Source: a virus. From it: a stretch of 64,000 nucleotides of DNA. The stretch is from IMG/VR virus record IMGVR_UViG_3300007345_000001. The stretch is one strand, 5' to 3'. Both the position numbers and the translations under genes were made by a program. Positions 1 to 8,344 of this stretch are shown in pieces. Below the pieces are notes generated by a model. It ran no database searches, was not told the DNA's origin, and saw only the letters and a program-made list of their open reading frames with translations. How positions within the stretch are numbered: position 1 is the first letter of the stretch; every line of letters starts with the position of its first letter.

Positions 1-3
1 AAC

Positions 4-153
4 CTTTAACACCAAAGAGAAATGAGTGATAACAATAAAGAAACAGAGTTATTAAGAGCTTCGTTAATGCAGCAAGTTAGTGAACTAACTGATAATGAAA
101 TTATATCTTTATATGATGACTTATCTGAATTCTTTAACACCAAAGAGAGATGA
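4..153 (+). repeat. Direct repeat pair CTTTAACACCAAAGAGA[A/G]ATGA (copies at 4-25 and 132-153)
   Basis: 21 of 22 nt are identical, 128 nt apart. Each copy encodes a C-terminal FNTKE[K/R] plus stop and ends in an ATGA stop/start overlap. Confidence 0.8.
22..153 (+). CDS. Small ORF (43 aa) whose C-terminus is paralogous to the ORF truncated at the window start
   Basis: The ATG overlaps the upstream TGA (ATGA). It translates to MSDNNKETELLRASLMQQVSELTDNEIISLYDDLSEFFNTKER. It is below the 60-aa cutoff of the supplied ORF track. Confidence 0.35.
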   Translation: MSDNNKETELLRASLMQQVSELTDNEIISLYDDLSEFFNTKER

Positions 154-186
154 AAGGAGTAATAACACTATGCCAGAGAGATCTGG

Positions 187-291
187 ATGAAAACGGAATT
201 GAAAATGATTAATTATGCAGTTTTATCTATAGTTTTGACATTAATATTGACAGGACTATTTTTAATGTGGAAAGACAGTAAAGATCAATAA
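187..291 (+). CDS. Small single-pass membrane peptide (34 aa)
   Basis: It translates to MKTELKMINYAVLSIVLTLILTGLFLMWKDSKDQ, with one clear hydrophobic helix. An alternative start exists at 205. Confidence 0.3.
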   Translation: MKTELKMINYAVLSIVLTLILTGLFLMWKDSKDQ

Positions 292-300
292 AGTATTTAT

Positions 301-687
301 ATGAAAAATCATATACATCTAAACGCTGAAATAAAAGATGGTAAGATTACTTATCCTATAAAAGCTAATGAATCCAGATTAAATAACTTCCTAGCCAATG
401 CTCCAGAAGGAGCAAAAGTTGAGATGTTTATAAGCGTTTCAGATGAAAAGAAAGGTAGTAATGCACAACTGGCAAGAATACATGCAATGTGTAGAGAGAT
501 TGCTAATGAGTTGGGTTATACCTTTGAAGAAGTAAAGTTACAAATCAAAAGACAAGCAGGTCTCTGTTTTATGAAAAATAATTCAGAGTACTGCAAGTCT
601 TTTGCTCAGTGTGACAGGGCAGAGTTAAATCTTGCTATTCAAGCAGCAATAGAAATAGGAGACTTTAGTAATATGAACTTAAGATAA
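301..687 (+). CDS. Hypothetical protein (128 aa)
   Basis: Clean ORF in the co-directional early array. No motif recognised. Confidence 0.6.
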   Translation: MKNHIHLNAEIKDGKITYPIKANESRLNNFLANAPEGAKVEMFISVSDEKKGSNAQLARIHAMCREIANELGYTFEEVKLQIKRQAGLCFMKNNSEYCKSFAQCDRAELNLAIQAAIEIGDFSNMNLR

Positions 688-1113
688 CTTCTTATCTACA
701 AGACTCATTACTTTCTTAAGTTTCTCAGAAGGTGAACCTTCTTCTTCAAGAAGTGCAGCCATATATTTCTGCATATCTTCTGGAGAAATATTAGTTTCTT
801 TCTCAACAGCAAGGTTTTGTTCTAATGCTTTTGCTTTAAGTAATTGATGGATGGCAAAGATTGTATATAACATTCTTTCCTTCATATCAAATTTTATTTC
901 TTTAAGCTTTTCCTGATCCTCATCAGCATTAGCAGCTTCAAGAAGTAATTTAAACTTTTCAAAAGTGGCTGGTATTGTTGATGGATCATCTATAACATTA
1001 CCCATAAAGTATAATAAAACATCATCAAGACCGTGGATAAATCCAGCATTGATTTCTAAATCCTTGATATTCTTAGTAATATCAAACTGTAGAGACTTGT
1101 ATTTATCTGCCAT
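679..1113 (-). CDS. Hypothetical acidic, helical protein (144 aa); the only minus-strand gene inside the plus-strand early module
   Basis: ORF rich in D/E with predicted helical or coiled character. Its 3' end overlaps 301-687 by 9 nt (convergent). It is divergent from the UDG gene across 33 nt. Confidence 0.55.
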   Translation of the reverse strand: MADKYKSLQFDITKNIKDLEINAGFIHGLDDVLLYFMGNVIDDPSTIPATFEKFKLLLEAANADEDQEKLKEIKFDMKERMLYTIFAIHQLLKAKALEQNLAVEKETNISPEDMQKYMAALLEEEGSPSEKLKKVMSLVDKKLS

Positions 1114-1146
1114 AACTTATTGTTTAATAAACAAATATAAGAATTT

Positions 1147-1848
1147 ATGAATCAAATTACAATTGATTTGCCTCAAAAGATAACAAGATTAAAAGCAAAA
1201 CTAAAAGATACCGGTTGGGAATATATACTGTACCCTTATTTAGACTCAGAAAGTTTTTATAACACACTTACCAAATTGGTAACTATGGTGCAGAATGGCA
1301 CCAGATTTACACCTAAGATGAAAAATTGGTTTAGATCTTTTGAGATCTGCCACTATAATAACATGAAAGTTATATTTATTGGTCAGGATCCATACCCACA
1401 ACTAGATGTTGCTGATGGTATTTCATTTAGTTGTAGTAATACAATGAAGGAACAACCATCTCTTAGACATATCTTTAATTCATTAGAGAAACAGTATCCA
1501 GGATATGAACGTAATCCAGACCTAAGCAGATGGGCAGAACAAGGTGTTCTTATGCTTAATACTGCACTAACTGTGGAAATAAACAAGATTGGATCCCATT
1601 ATTCACTATGGCATACATTTACCACAGGCTTATTAAACGGTATTAACAAAAACAATTCACAGTTAGTTGTTGTGTTACTTGGTAAGAAAGCACAAGAATG
1701 GAGAAAACTTCTTAATAATCAAATAATTATTGAAGTAGAACATCCAGCTGCTGCTGCCTATAAAGGTGGTATATGGAATGATCAAGATTTGTTCATTAAA
1801 ATCAATGATATACTAAAACAACAAGGAAAATCCTTGGTGGAATGGTAA
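1147..1848 (+). CDS. ung: Uracil-DNA glycosylase, family 1-like
   Basis: GQDPYP (family 1 motif GQDPYH), DGISFS, VLMLNTALTV and the C-terminal HPAAAAY (family 1 HPSPLS) are present in the canonical order and spacing. Confidence 0.85.
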   Translation: MNQITIDLPQKITRLKAKLKDTGWEYILYPYLDSESFYNTLTKLVTMVQNGTRFTPKMKNWFRSFEICHYNNMKVIFIGQDPYPQLDVADGISFSCSNTMKEQPSLRHIFNSLEKQYPGYERNPDLSRWAEQGVLMLNTALTVEINKIGSHYSLWHTFTTGLLNGINKNNSQLVVVLLGKKAQEWRKLLNNQIIIEVEHPAAAAYKGGIWNDQDLFIKINDILKQQGKSLVEW

Positions 1849-1885
1849 ATATTTATTAATTTTGTTACTCCCAAAACTACAATAA

Positions 1886-2407
1886 ATGACTGATAATCAA
1901 CGCGTTAACATTTTAAAAGAAGTTAAGAAGTTCAAATTTAAAATGAACAATAAATATGGTTTAGATATAAATGTCTTTGTAAAAAAAGATACTGAACAAT
2001 TATCTTTAGAAGCAATAGAAGCTTGTTGTGTTAGAGTATTTAATTCAAAGTTTCCTTTACTAGAAAATGTTCATACTATTTCCAAGAGGTTAAGAACCCA
2101 TTACTATGTAATGCTAAGACAAATCTTTTGTTATATAGCAGTAAAAGAATATGGTTATGGTTTAACAGAAACAGGAAGATACTTGCTTAGGAACCATGCT
2201 ACAGTAATACACTCTATTAAAGTGTGTGAAAACTATATGTTTCAAAATCATAGAGAGTTCACAGATTGTATGATGAGTGTAAAATATGGACTAAAAAAAT
2301 ATGTGGGAAATATTTCAGAAAATAGTACAGGAGAAAATAACTCCGAATCAGATGTATCTATTATACAGCATGAAAGAAAAGACTCAAGCATCATTGCTGA
2401 AGTCTAA
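1886..2407 (+). CDS. DnaA C-terminal (domain IV)-like helix-turn-helix DNA-binding protein
   Basis: LRQIFCYIAVKEYGYGLTETGRYLLRNHATVIHSIKVCE matches the DnaA domain IV pattern RQIAMYL...SL..IG..FGGRDHTTVxHA..KI. There is no AAA+ domain. The tail is low-complexity. Confidence 0.6.
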   Translation: MTDNQRVNILKEVKKFKFKMNNKYGLDINVFVKKDTEQLSLEAIEACCVRVFNSKFPLLENVHTISKRLRTHYYVMLRQIFCYIAVKEYGYGLTETGRYLLRNHATVIHSIKVCENYMFQNHREFTDCMMSVKYGLKKYVGNISENSTGENNSESDVSIIQHERKDSSIIAEV

Positions 2408-2894
2408 GGATGAATTGCCAGGTTTAATAGAGAATGATTTTGTAATAGAAGAAGATTCTGTATATAAAATAACAGATAAGGCAAAGAAGCTTATTACTAA
2501 GTTGGATAATTATTTTATTAAGGCCAAGAAAAAAACCAACATTCAATTGATGGGTAAGGATTATAATAAAATGATTGAAGACTATAGAAATGTGTTTCCT
2601 GCCGGTAAACTACCATCAGGTAAACCAGCAAGACAAAATGTGAGAGCTCTTGGTGAATCTTTTAGATGGTTCTTTGAAACTTATGATCATGATTGGGAGA
2701 TAATAATGAAAGCTACCAAAATGTATGTAAATGAGTATAGAGCCACAGATTACTTGTATATGATGACAAGTCAATACTTTGTATCAAAGCAAGATAAACA
2801 TAGAGTTAAACACAGTGCACTTGCTGATTACTGTGATATGATAAAAGATGGAGTTCAAACAGAAGTTCATCATTTTAAAGAAAAAGTTGTATGA
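2301..2894 (+). CDS. Hypothetical protein (up to 197 aa; start uncertain)
   Basis: ORF in the +1 frame overlapping 1886-2407 by 107 nt. Alternative ATGs at 2352 and 2370 shorten the overlap. Its stop overlaps the start of the helicase gene. Confidence 0.5.
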   Translation: MWEIFQKIVQEKITPNQMYLLYSMKEKTQASLLKSKDELPGLIENDFVIEEDSVYKITDKAKKLITKLDNYFIKAKKKTNIQLMGKDYNKMIEDYRNVFPAGKLPSGKPARQNVRALGESFRWFFETYDHDWEIIMKATKMYVNEYRATDYLYMMTSQYFVSKQDKHRVKHSALADYCDMIKDGVQTEVHHFKEKVV

Positions 2895-3847
2895 GTAAAC
2901 CAGAAGAAGCATGGGTTGGGCAGTATGCTGCCTTTAATGATGCCCTTAAATACATGTATAAACGTGCCAATGGTGAAGAGAAATCTATTTACACACCATG
3001 GCCAAAGTTTAATGATGCTACTACTGATGGTTTAGAATGGAATACACTTACCGTTATTGGTGGAAGACCTGGCTCAGGTAAAACATTGATAAAGGATCAG
3101 ATTGTAAGAGAATCATTTGCTTTAAACCCTGAAGATGATTTCAGAGTATTAGAGTTTCAATTTGAGATGGTTGGTAGAACCTCAGCACTACGTGAGTTTT
3201 CATCTATTACAGGTAAAACTTATAAAGAGTTATGTAGTGCAGGTAGTACACTTACCACTGATGTATTGAATAAATGTCATCAATATGCTAAAGAGCGTGT
3301 AAAGTATCCAGTTGATATTGTATCAAGACCTATGACTGTTAATCAGATGAGAGAACAGATTGATATGTATATGAATCAACATAAAGGTAAGAAGACAATT
3401 ATTACACTGGACCACACAATGCTTGTTAAGAGAGCACCATATCAGAATAGTAGTTTAGATATGCTATTTGAATTAGGTGAGTTCTTTACACAGACAAAAC
3501 GTGAATATCCCTGTATGTTTATAGCATTGTCACAGCTTAACAGAAATATTGATAACCCTGACCGTGCTCAACAAGGAAAGTATGGTAACTATATTCTTGA
3601 ATCAGATATATTTGGATCAGATGCAATGCTTCAACATGCTGATACCCTAATAGGTATTAACAGACCAGCAAAGCAGAAGATTAGACTATATGGTCCAGAC
3701 AGATATATCATAGAAGATGATAGAACATTAGTGCTACACTTTCTTAAAGCACGTAATGGTGACACTAGAATGAGTTTCTTTAAAGCTATGTTTGAAAAAA
3801 TGGAGATTGCTGAAATGCCAACTCCACCACAAGAAGAAAGAAGATGA
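2891..3847 (+). CDS. dnaB: DnaB-family replicative helicase (RecA-fold C-terminal domain only)
   Basis: Walker A GGRPGSGKT and Walker B IITLDHTML are present. ALSQLNRNI matches DnaB SQLSR, and LKARNGDT matches the DnaB arginine-finger block KxRNG. Confidence 0.8.
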   Translation: MSKPEEAWVGQYAAFNDALKYMYKRANGEEKSIYTPWPKFNDATTDGLEWNTLTVIGGRPGSGKTLIKDQIVRESFALNPEDDFRVLEFQFEMVGRTSALREFSSITGKTYKELCSAGSTLTTDVLNKCHQYAKERVKYPVDIVSRPMTVNQMREQIDMYMNQHKGKKTIITLDHTMLVKRAPYQNSSLDMLFELGEFFTQTKREYPCMFIALSQLNRNIDNPDRAQQGKYGNYILESDIFGSDAMLQHADTLIGINRPAKQKIRLYGPDRYIIEDDRTLVLHFLKARNGDTRMSFFKAMFEKMEIAEMPTPPQEERR

Positions 3848-4383
3848 TTTCAACAAAAAATTATGCAGTTAAAACATTAAAAATGACTCCAGAAGAAAGA
3901 AAAAAGAAAGTAGCAGAATTAAAAGTACAGCATGAGAGTTACTTTAATTCCAATGAACTAAGTAATCCTGCCTATATTCCAAAGATGGCTTACAGGCCAC
4001 CAAGTAAAGATGACTTACACATTAGTTTCTTTCCCAGTGAACTTGAGAGAAATAAAGATATTTACACAGAGTTTGTAAGTATTGACTATGACTCAGAAGA
4101 CCCAAAGAGAACATTGTATTTATATAAATATAATCCTCATTGGAAAGAAGAGTATGAACTGGTAGAAAGTAATAGTGGATTTCAAAGACATCTTGTTCCC
4201 GTATCAGAACTAAAAGTTGTTAGTGATGCTGTATCTAAGACAGGAAAAAATAATATATTTGAAAGTCTTGATGATATTGGTAACTTACCTAATCCGGATG
4301 AAACCTATTCACCAAGAGGTATAGTAGAAGCACTTAATAAAATAGCAGATACATTAATCAGAATAGAAAATAAATTAAAATAG
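3844..4383 (+). CDS. Hypothetical protein (179 aa)
   Basis: ORF with 4-nt overlaps to its neighbours. No motif recognised. Confidence 0.6.
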   Translation: MISTKNYAVKTLKMTPEERKKKVAELKVQHESYFNSNELSNPAYIPKMAYRPPSKDDLHISFFPSELERNKDIYTEFVSIDYDSEDPKRTLYLYKYNPHWKEEYELVESNSGFQRHLVPVSELKVVSDAVSKTGKNNIFESLDDIGNLPNPDETYSPRGIVEALNKIADTLIRIENKLK

Positions 4384-5070
4384 ATGGCACAAAGTGTTTT
4401 AGTAATTGCTGAGTCAGGCTCAGGTAAATCAACCTCAATTAGAAAACTGGATCCTAAAGAGACAGTTATTATTAACATTGCTAATAAACCATTACCTTTC
4501 AAGGGATGGAGAAGCAAATACACTCCTTTGGATAAAGCAAATCCAGATGGTAATTTGATCAGTGTATCAAGTGGACCAGGAGTTTATAAAGCCATGCAAC
4601 ATGTAAGTGAGAAGATGCCTCACATCAAAAACTTAGTTGTTGATGACTGGCAATATATGTCAAGCTTTGAGTACTTTGATAAAGCTACTGAGAAAGGCTA
4701 TGACAAGTTTACCCAGATTGCGGCTAATCTTGCACAAGTTGCCAAGCTTCCTAAAGATCTGAGAGATGATCTGTATGTGTTCTTCTTAACACACTCAGAA
4801 GAATCAACAGATATTAATGGCCACCGTAAGGTAAAAGCTAAGACTGTGGGTAAAATGATTGACAATGCTCTTACACTAGAGGGTTTATTCTCTATTGTAT
4901 TGTTTGGCAAAGTCCGTAAAGAAGATGATGGTAGTCTACACTATGGTTTTGAAACACAAAACAATGGTGAGAATACCTGTAAATCACCAATGGACATGTT
5001 TGACAGTGAATTTATTCCAAATGATCTGCAATATGTCAAGGATGCAATCTATGCATATGAAAATGAATAA
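4384..5070 (+). CDS. P-loop ATPase, Sak4-like/AAA_24-like recombination-type ATPase
   Basis: N-terminal Walker A AESGSGKST and Walker B-like LVVDDW. It has the small RecA-fold size and sits next to SSB-like and primase genes. Confidence 0.55.
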   Translation: MAQSVLVIAESGSGKSTSIRKLDPKETVIINIANKPLPFKGWRSKYTPLDKANPDGNLISVSSGPGVYKAMQHVSEKMPHIKNLVVDDWQYMSSFEYFDKATEKGYDKFTQIAANLAQVAKLPKDLRDDLYVFFLTHSEESTDINGHRKVKAKTVGKMIDNALTLEGLFSIVLFGKVRKEDDGSLHYGFETQNNGENTCKSPMDMFDSEFIPNDLQYVKDAIYAYENE

Positions 5071-5099
5071 TCAAAAGTTAAATTTTAAATCAACAAGAA

Positions 5100-5783
5100 A
5101 TGTTAAGTACTAAAGACATGTCAGCCGGTAGCGGCAAAGCAAAACCAGTAATTGATGCTGGTAATCAAGAATTGAAAATTAATTCAATCACATTACACAC
5201 TCCACCGTATGATCAAAATGCATATGATCTACAACTAAATGTAGAATCTGCACCAGTAGGTGGTGAGTTTGAAGGTTTTCTTCATGATGTAAATAATCCA
5301 AACGGATCAAGATATCAAGGTCAAGTTGGTAGAGTTAGTTTCCAACGCTATGCTTATGCTGATACTACACTACCAAGTGGTAGAGAGATTAACAGAGATG
5401 CTGAGATTATGAAGTCACTTATCTTCTTAGCAGAACAGCAAGACAAACGTTCAGAATTGGACTCTATTGAAGCACAAACTATTGAAGAGTTTGTAACAGC
5501 TGCAAGTAATATCTTGAGTGGTGATACTTATTACAACTTCTGTATTGCTGGTAGAGAATGGGAGAACAAAGAAGGTTATATTAACCTACAGTTCTTCTTA
5601 CCAAAGAGAACTTCAGCAGGTGTACCATTTGAGAGAGTTGATGTAACTAATTCAAGAATGGTAACATTCAACAGAGATGAGCATATTATCCCTGTAAGAA
5701 ATAAAACTGCAAGTGTTGCAAGTAACAATGGAAGTTTTGAACCAGTAGCTGGAACAGTTTCTGGTGATGACTTTGATCTTTAA
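5100..5783 (+). CDS. Hypothetical protein; possible ssDNA-binding protein
   Basis: The acidic C-terminal tip GDDFDL resembles SSB/gp2.5-type tails. It sits between the Sak4-like ATPase and the primase. The OB fold could not be verified by eye. Confidence 0.35.
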   Translation: MLSTKDMSAGSGKAKPVIDAGNQELKINSITLHTPPYDQNAYDLQLNVESAPVGGEFEGFLHDVNNPNGSRYQGQVGRVSFQRYAYADTTLPSGREINRDAEIMKSLIFLAEQQDKRSELDSIEAQTIEEFVTAASNILSGDTYYNFCIAGREWENKEGYINLQFFLPKRTSAGVPFERVDVTNSRMVTFNRDEHIIPVRNKTASVASNNGSFEPVAGTVSGDDFDL

Positions 5784-5793
5784 TCATTAAAAT

Positions 5794-5822
5794 AGGAGGG
5801 GCTTCGGCCCTTCCTTTTTTTA
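5794..5822 (+). terminator. Rho-independent terminator with UUCG tetraloop
   Basis: AGGAGGGGC-TTCG-GCCCTTCCT followed by T8, directly after the stop at 5783. Confidence 0.75.
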
Positions 5823-5824
5823 TT

Positions 5825-6802
5825 ATGTTCAGTACTAAAAATTTTGTAATAGAGATAAAGGATGTACCTAGCTATTGGGTATTTCAATACTATTTAGACC
5901 TACCGGAAAAACTTACTGGGCAAGATGTAAAGATTAAATCTATATTCAATCCATCAGAAAGAACCCCTAGCTTTGTTATCTATGTTGATACCAAGAGTAA
6001 TCAATATAAGTTCAAAGATTTTTCTACAGGAGTAGCAGGTAGTAAATCAGATTTAGTTCAAAAAATATTTAATCTGAATTTTACTCAAGCAGTTAATAAG
6101 ATTGTCCAGGACTACAATGATTATGTAAAAAATGGAGAGTTTGAATTAATTACTCTGAAACCAAGTGCTAAATGGAAAATGGATCATGTTCAAGCAAGAG
6201 GATGGACCAATGTTGATGCACAATTTTGGTTATCATTTAGGATAGGTTCTGATATGTTAAATACATATAATGTGAAGCCGGTAGAATACTTTACCATGAT
6301 AAGAGAACAGGAAGGTAAGATTGAAAAGGCCAAGTTTAGAAAGCCAATGACATATGCTTATTTCAATAAGGATGGTGATGTAATTAAATTATATCAACCA
6401 AAAGATGATAAGCACAAGTTCTATAATATTACTGACTATATACAAGGTTATGATCAGCTCTTGTATAATCAACCTTATCTTGTGATTTGTTCTTCACTTA
6501 AAGATGCTATGTGTCTTAAAGGTTTCGGCTACAATATAGAAGTTATTGCACCTAACAGTGAGAATACATTAATTAAACCTTACATTATTGAGAACCTAAA
6601 GAAGAAGTATAAAAAGATTATTACTCTCTTTGACAATGATGAAGCAGGTAACAATGCCATTGAAAAGTATGCTAATGCATATAATATTCAAGGATGTGCA
6701 CTATCTATATGTAAAGACATATCAGATGCTGTACAGACTCATGGTTTTGATGCAGTGCATAAGGAACTAAAACCTTTACTAAAGGAAACTTTAAATAAAT
6801 AA
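5825..6802 (+). CDS. dnaG: DnaG-like primase (TOPRIM) with a degenerate zinc-ribbon region
   Basis: The TOPRIM DxD block is ITLFDNDEAGNNA. The N-terminal SIFNPSERTPSFVIY...YKFKDFSTGVAGSKSDL aligns to the DnaG block CPFHxEKTPSF...CFGCGxxGD, but the Cys/His ligands are replaced. Confidence 0.7.
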   Translation: MFSTKNFVIEIKDVPSYWVFQYYLDLPEKLTGQDVKIKSIFNPSERTPSFVIYVDTKSNQYKFKDFSTGVAGSKSDLVQKIFNLNFTQAVNKIVQDYNDYVKNGEFELITLKPSAKWKMDHVQARGWTNVDAQFWLSFRIGSDMLNTYNVKPVEYFTMIREQEGKIEKAKFRKPMTYAYFNKDGDVIKLYQPKDDKHKFYNITDYIQGYDQLLYNQPYLVICSSLKDAMCLKGFGYNIEVIAPNSENTLIKPYIIENLKKKYKKIITLFDNDEAGNNAIEKYANAYNIQGCALSICKDISDAVQTHGFDAVHKELKPLLKETLNK

Positions 6803-6803
6803 T

Positions 6804-7259
6804 ATGAAGTGGTTTATACCCGGTAATGTACCAAGCTCAAAAAATGGGCGTAGATGGACAGGTAAGTATTTTATAGCAAGTAAAACTGTTGTAAACTACC
6901 GTAAGAATACAAAAGAGTATTATCAGAAATATGCTCCTGAGTTCAAAAAAGAACTTAAGAAGTATAAACTTCCTGTCAAAATTGGATTTACATTTATTAG
7001 GGGGACCCGTCATAAGTTTGATTATATAAATCCAGCACAAACAGTGCAAGATGATATGGTTAAACATGAATGGATTGTTGATGACAATGCTGAAAACATA
7101 ATACCTGTGTTTTATGATTATCAGTATGACAAAACAAATCCTGGTGTATACATAGAAATATTAAAAGAAAACAGTTTAAAAGATGGAAGAAGAAAAACAA
7201 CTAGGAAATCTGAGACGGATTCTAACTCTAATGAAAGTAAAAGATCAAGGAGTAAATAG
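6804..7259 (+). CDS. rusA: RusA-like Holliday junction resolvase
   Basis: VPSSKNGRR matches RusA PPSNNRYY. PVKIGFTF...HKFDYIN...VDDNAENI matches RusA PVKIRIE...RDLDN...LDDAQV. The basic Ser-rich tail overlaps the next ORF. Confidence 0.55.
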   Translation: MKWFIPGNVPSSKNGRRWTGKYFIASKTVVNYRKNTKEYYQKYAPEFKKELKKYKLPVKIGFTFIRGTRHKFDYINPAQTVQDDMVKHEWIVDDNAENIIPVFYDYQYDKTNPGVYIEILKENSLKDGRRKTTRKSETDSNSNESKRSRSK

Positions 7260-7557
7260 AATAAATATTAATTTTTCTGGATCTGGAGACAGTGGTGATA
7301 TTGATGATATAGAATATTATCAAGGTGATGAAGAAATATCTTCAGCTATTAAAATAAAAGAATCTGATGAGAATGTTCTTAAAGACTTTGCATATGATAT
7401 CATATGTTCAAAAGTAAATACCGTAGGAGATTGGGTTAATAATGAAGGTGGTTTTGGTAATATTGAAATCAATACTGAAACCAATCATTATACACTTAAT
7501 TATTCACAAAGAACTACAGAAGATTATGATTGGTCTGACGCTCAATTATTCATATAA
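7183..7557 (+). CDS. Hypothetical acidic protein (124 aa) with FSGSGDSGDIDD and NNEGGFG blocks
   Basis: ORF overlapping 6804-7259 by 77 nt. An alternative start at 7231 exists. Confidence 0.5.
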   Translation: MEEEKQLGNLRRILTLMKVKDQGVNRININFSGSGDSGDIDDIEYYQGDEEISSAIKIKESDENVLKDFAYDIICSKVNTVGDWVNNEGGFGNIEINTETNHYTLNYSQRTTEDYDWSDAQLFI

Positions 7558-7904
7558 TGGCACACCCAATAGTTCATGCTAAAAGTTCAGTGAAAAAATG
7601 GGGTGGTAAAGTAGAAGATTATATGCATATTCATGAATGGTTTGATGCTACTAAAGCATGGGCTGGTCATAGTATACATAGAATGTTCCGTCATCACTCT
7701 GAAGGTATCTTTGAAGTAGAAGAAAGATATGGTAAAAGTTTTACTAATTCAGATGGTAAAACTATATATACAAGATATGTTGGAGAACAACATGTAAAAG
7801 AGGATTGCAATGGTTATATACCTACAGCAAAGGAATGGTTAGTTCATATGAATAAAGAGAACAAACCTAAGTGGATGATAAAAACGTTAAAGATAGAAGA
7901 TTAA
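7557..7904 (+). CDS. Hypothetical His-rich protein (115 aa)
   Basis: Clean ORF whose ATG abuts the upstream stop. No family named. Confidence 0.6.
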   Translation: MAHPIVHAKSSVKKWGGKVEDYMHIHEWFDATKAWAGHSIHRMFRHHSEGIFEVEERYGKSFTNSDGKTIYTRYVGEQHVKEDCNGYIPTAKEWLVHMNKENKPKWMIKTLKIED

Positions 7905-8344
7905 TGGAAGTGTTAAATATAATTAAGTTACCAGAATTTATAGCATTAAAAAAAATGCTTAACTCTGAAATGGAGGAAGACAATAATGTGGGTATAGAAA
8001 ATATAAAGAATCTAGAACTTGATCCTTTGTATATTTTACTGTTAGTTAAACAGTGTAATGTACATATAAGAAATAAGGTTCTTGAAAAGTTTGATAGTTA
8101 TATTTTCTGTGATCCTAAGTTTACAAACTTTAAAAAAGAAGTGAGTAGATATTGGGGTAACAATACTCAAGTTGTAAATGTTAGTTGGGAAAATCTTTAT
8201 AATACTATTACAAGTTATTATAATGATGATGAAAATGCTAAAAAGATTTTTAATACAATGTTTACTGCTGAAGTTCAAGTTGCAGTTAAAGAAGTAATTG
8301 ATTATTCTTTTCTGGATACTATTAATATTAAAGTTAAATGGTAA
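7904..8344 (+). CDS. Hypothetical protein (146 aa with the corrected start)
   Basis: The track start at 7871 overlaps the upstream gene by 34 nt. The in-frame ATG at 7904 forms a TAATG stop/start junction with the upstream stop. Confidence 0.55.
   Translation: MEVLNIIKLPEFIALKKMLNSEMEEDNNVGIENIKNLELDPLYILLLVKQCNVHIRNKVLEKFDSYIFCDPKFTNFKKEVSRYWGNNTQVVNVSWENLYNTITSYYNDDENAKKIFNTMFTAEVQVAVKEVIDYSFLDTINIKVKW

Noticed and set aside
2293-2407. An A7 run (2293-2299) just before the ATG at 2301 could be a slippery site fusing the DnaA-domain-IV-like ORF to the overlapping 197-aa ORF.
   Set aside because: A AAA AAA is a -1 slippery heptamer, but the downstream ORF is in the +1 frame, so a -1 shift would not enter it. 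No downstream stimulatory structure was seen. A-rich leaders before start codons are the norm throughout this window. An ordinary overlap or a later start (2352 or 2370) is more parsimonious.
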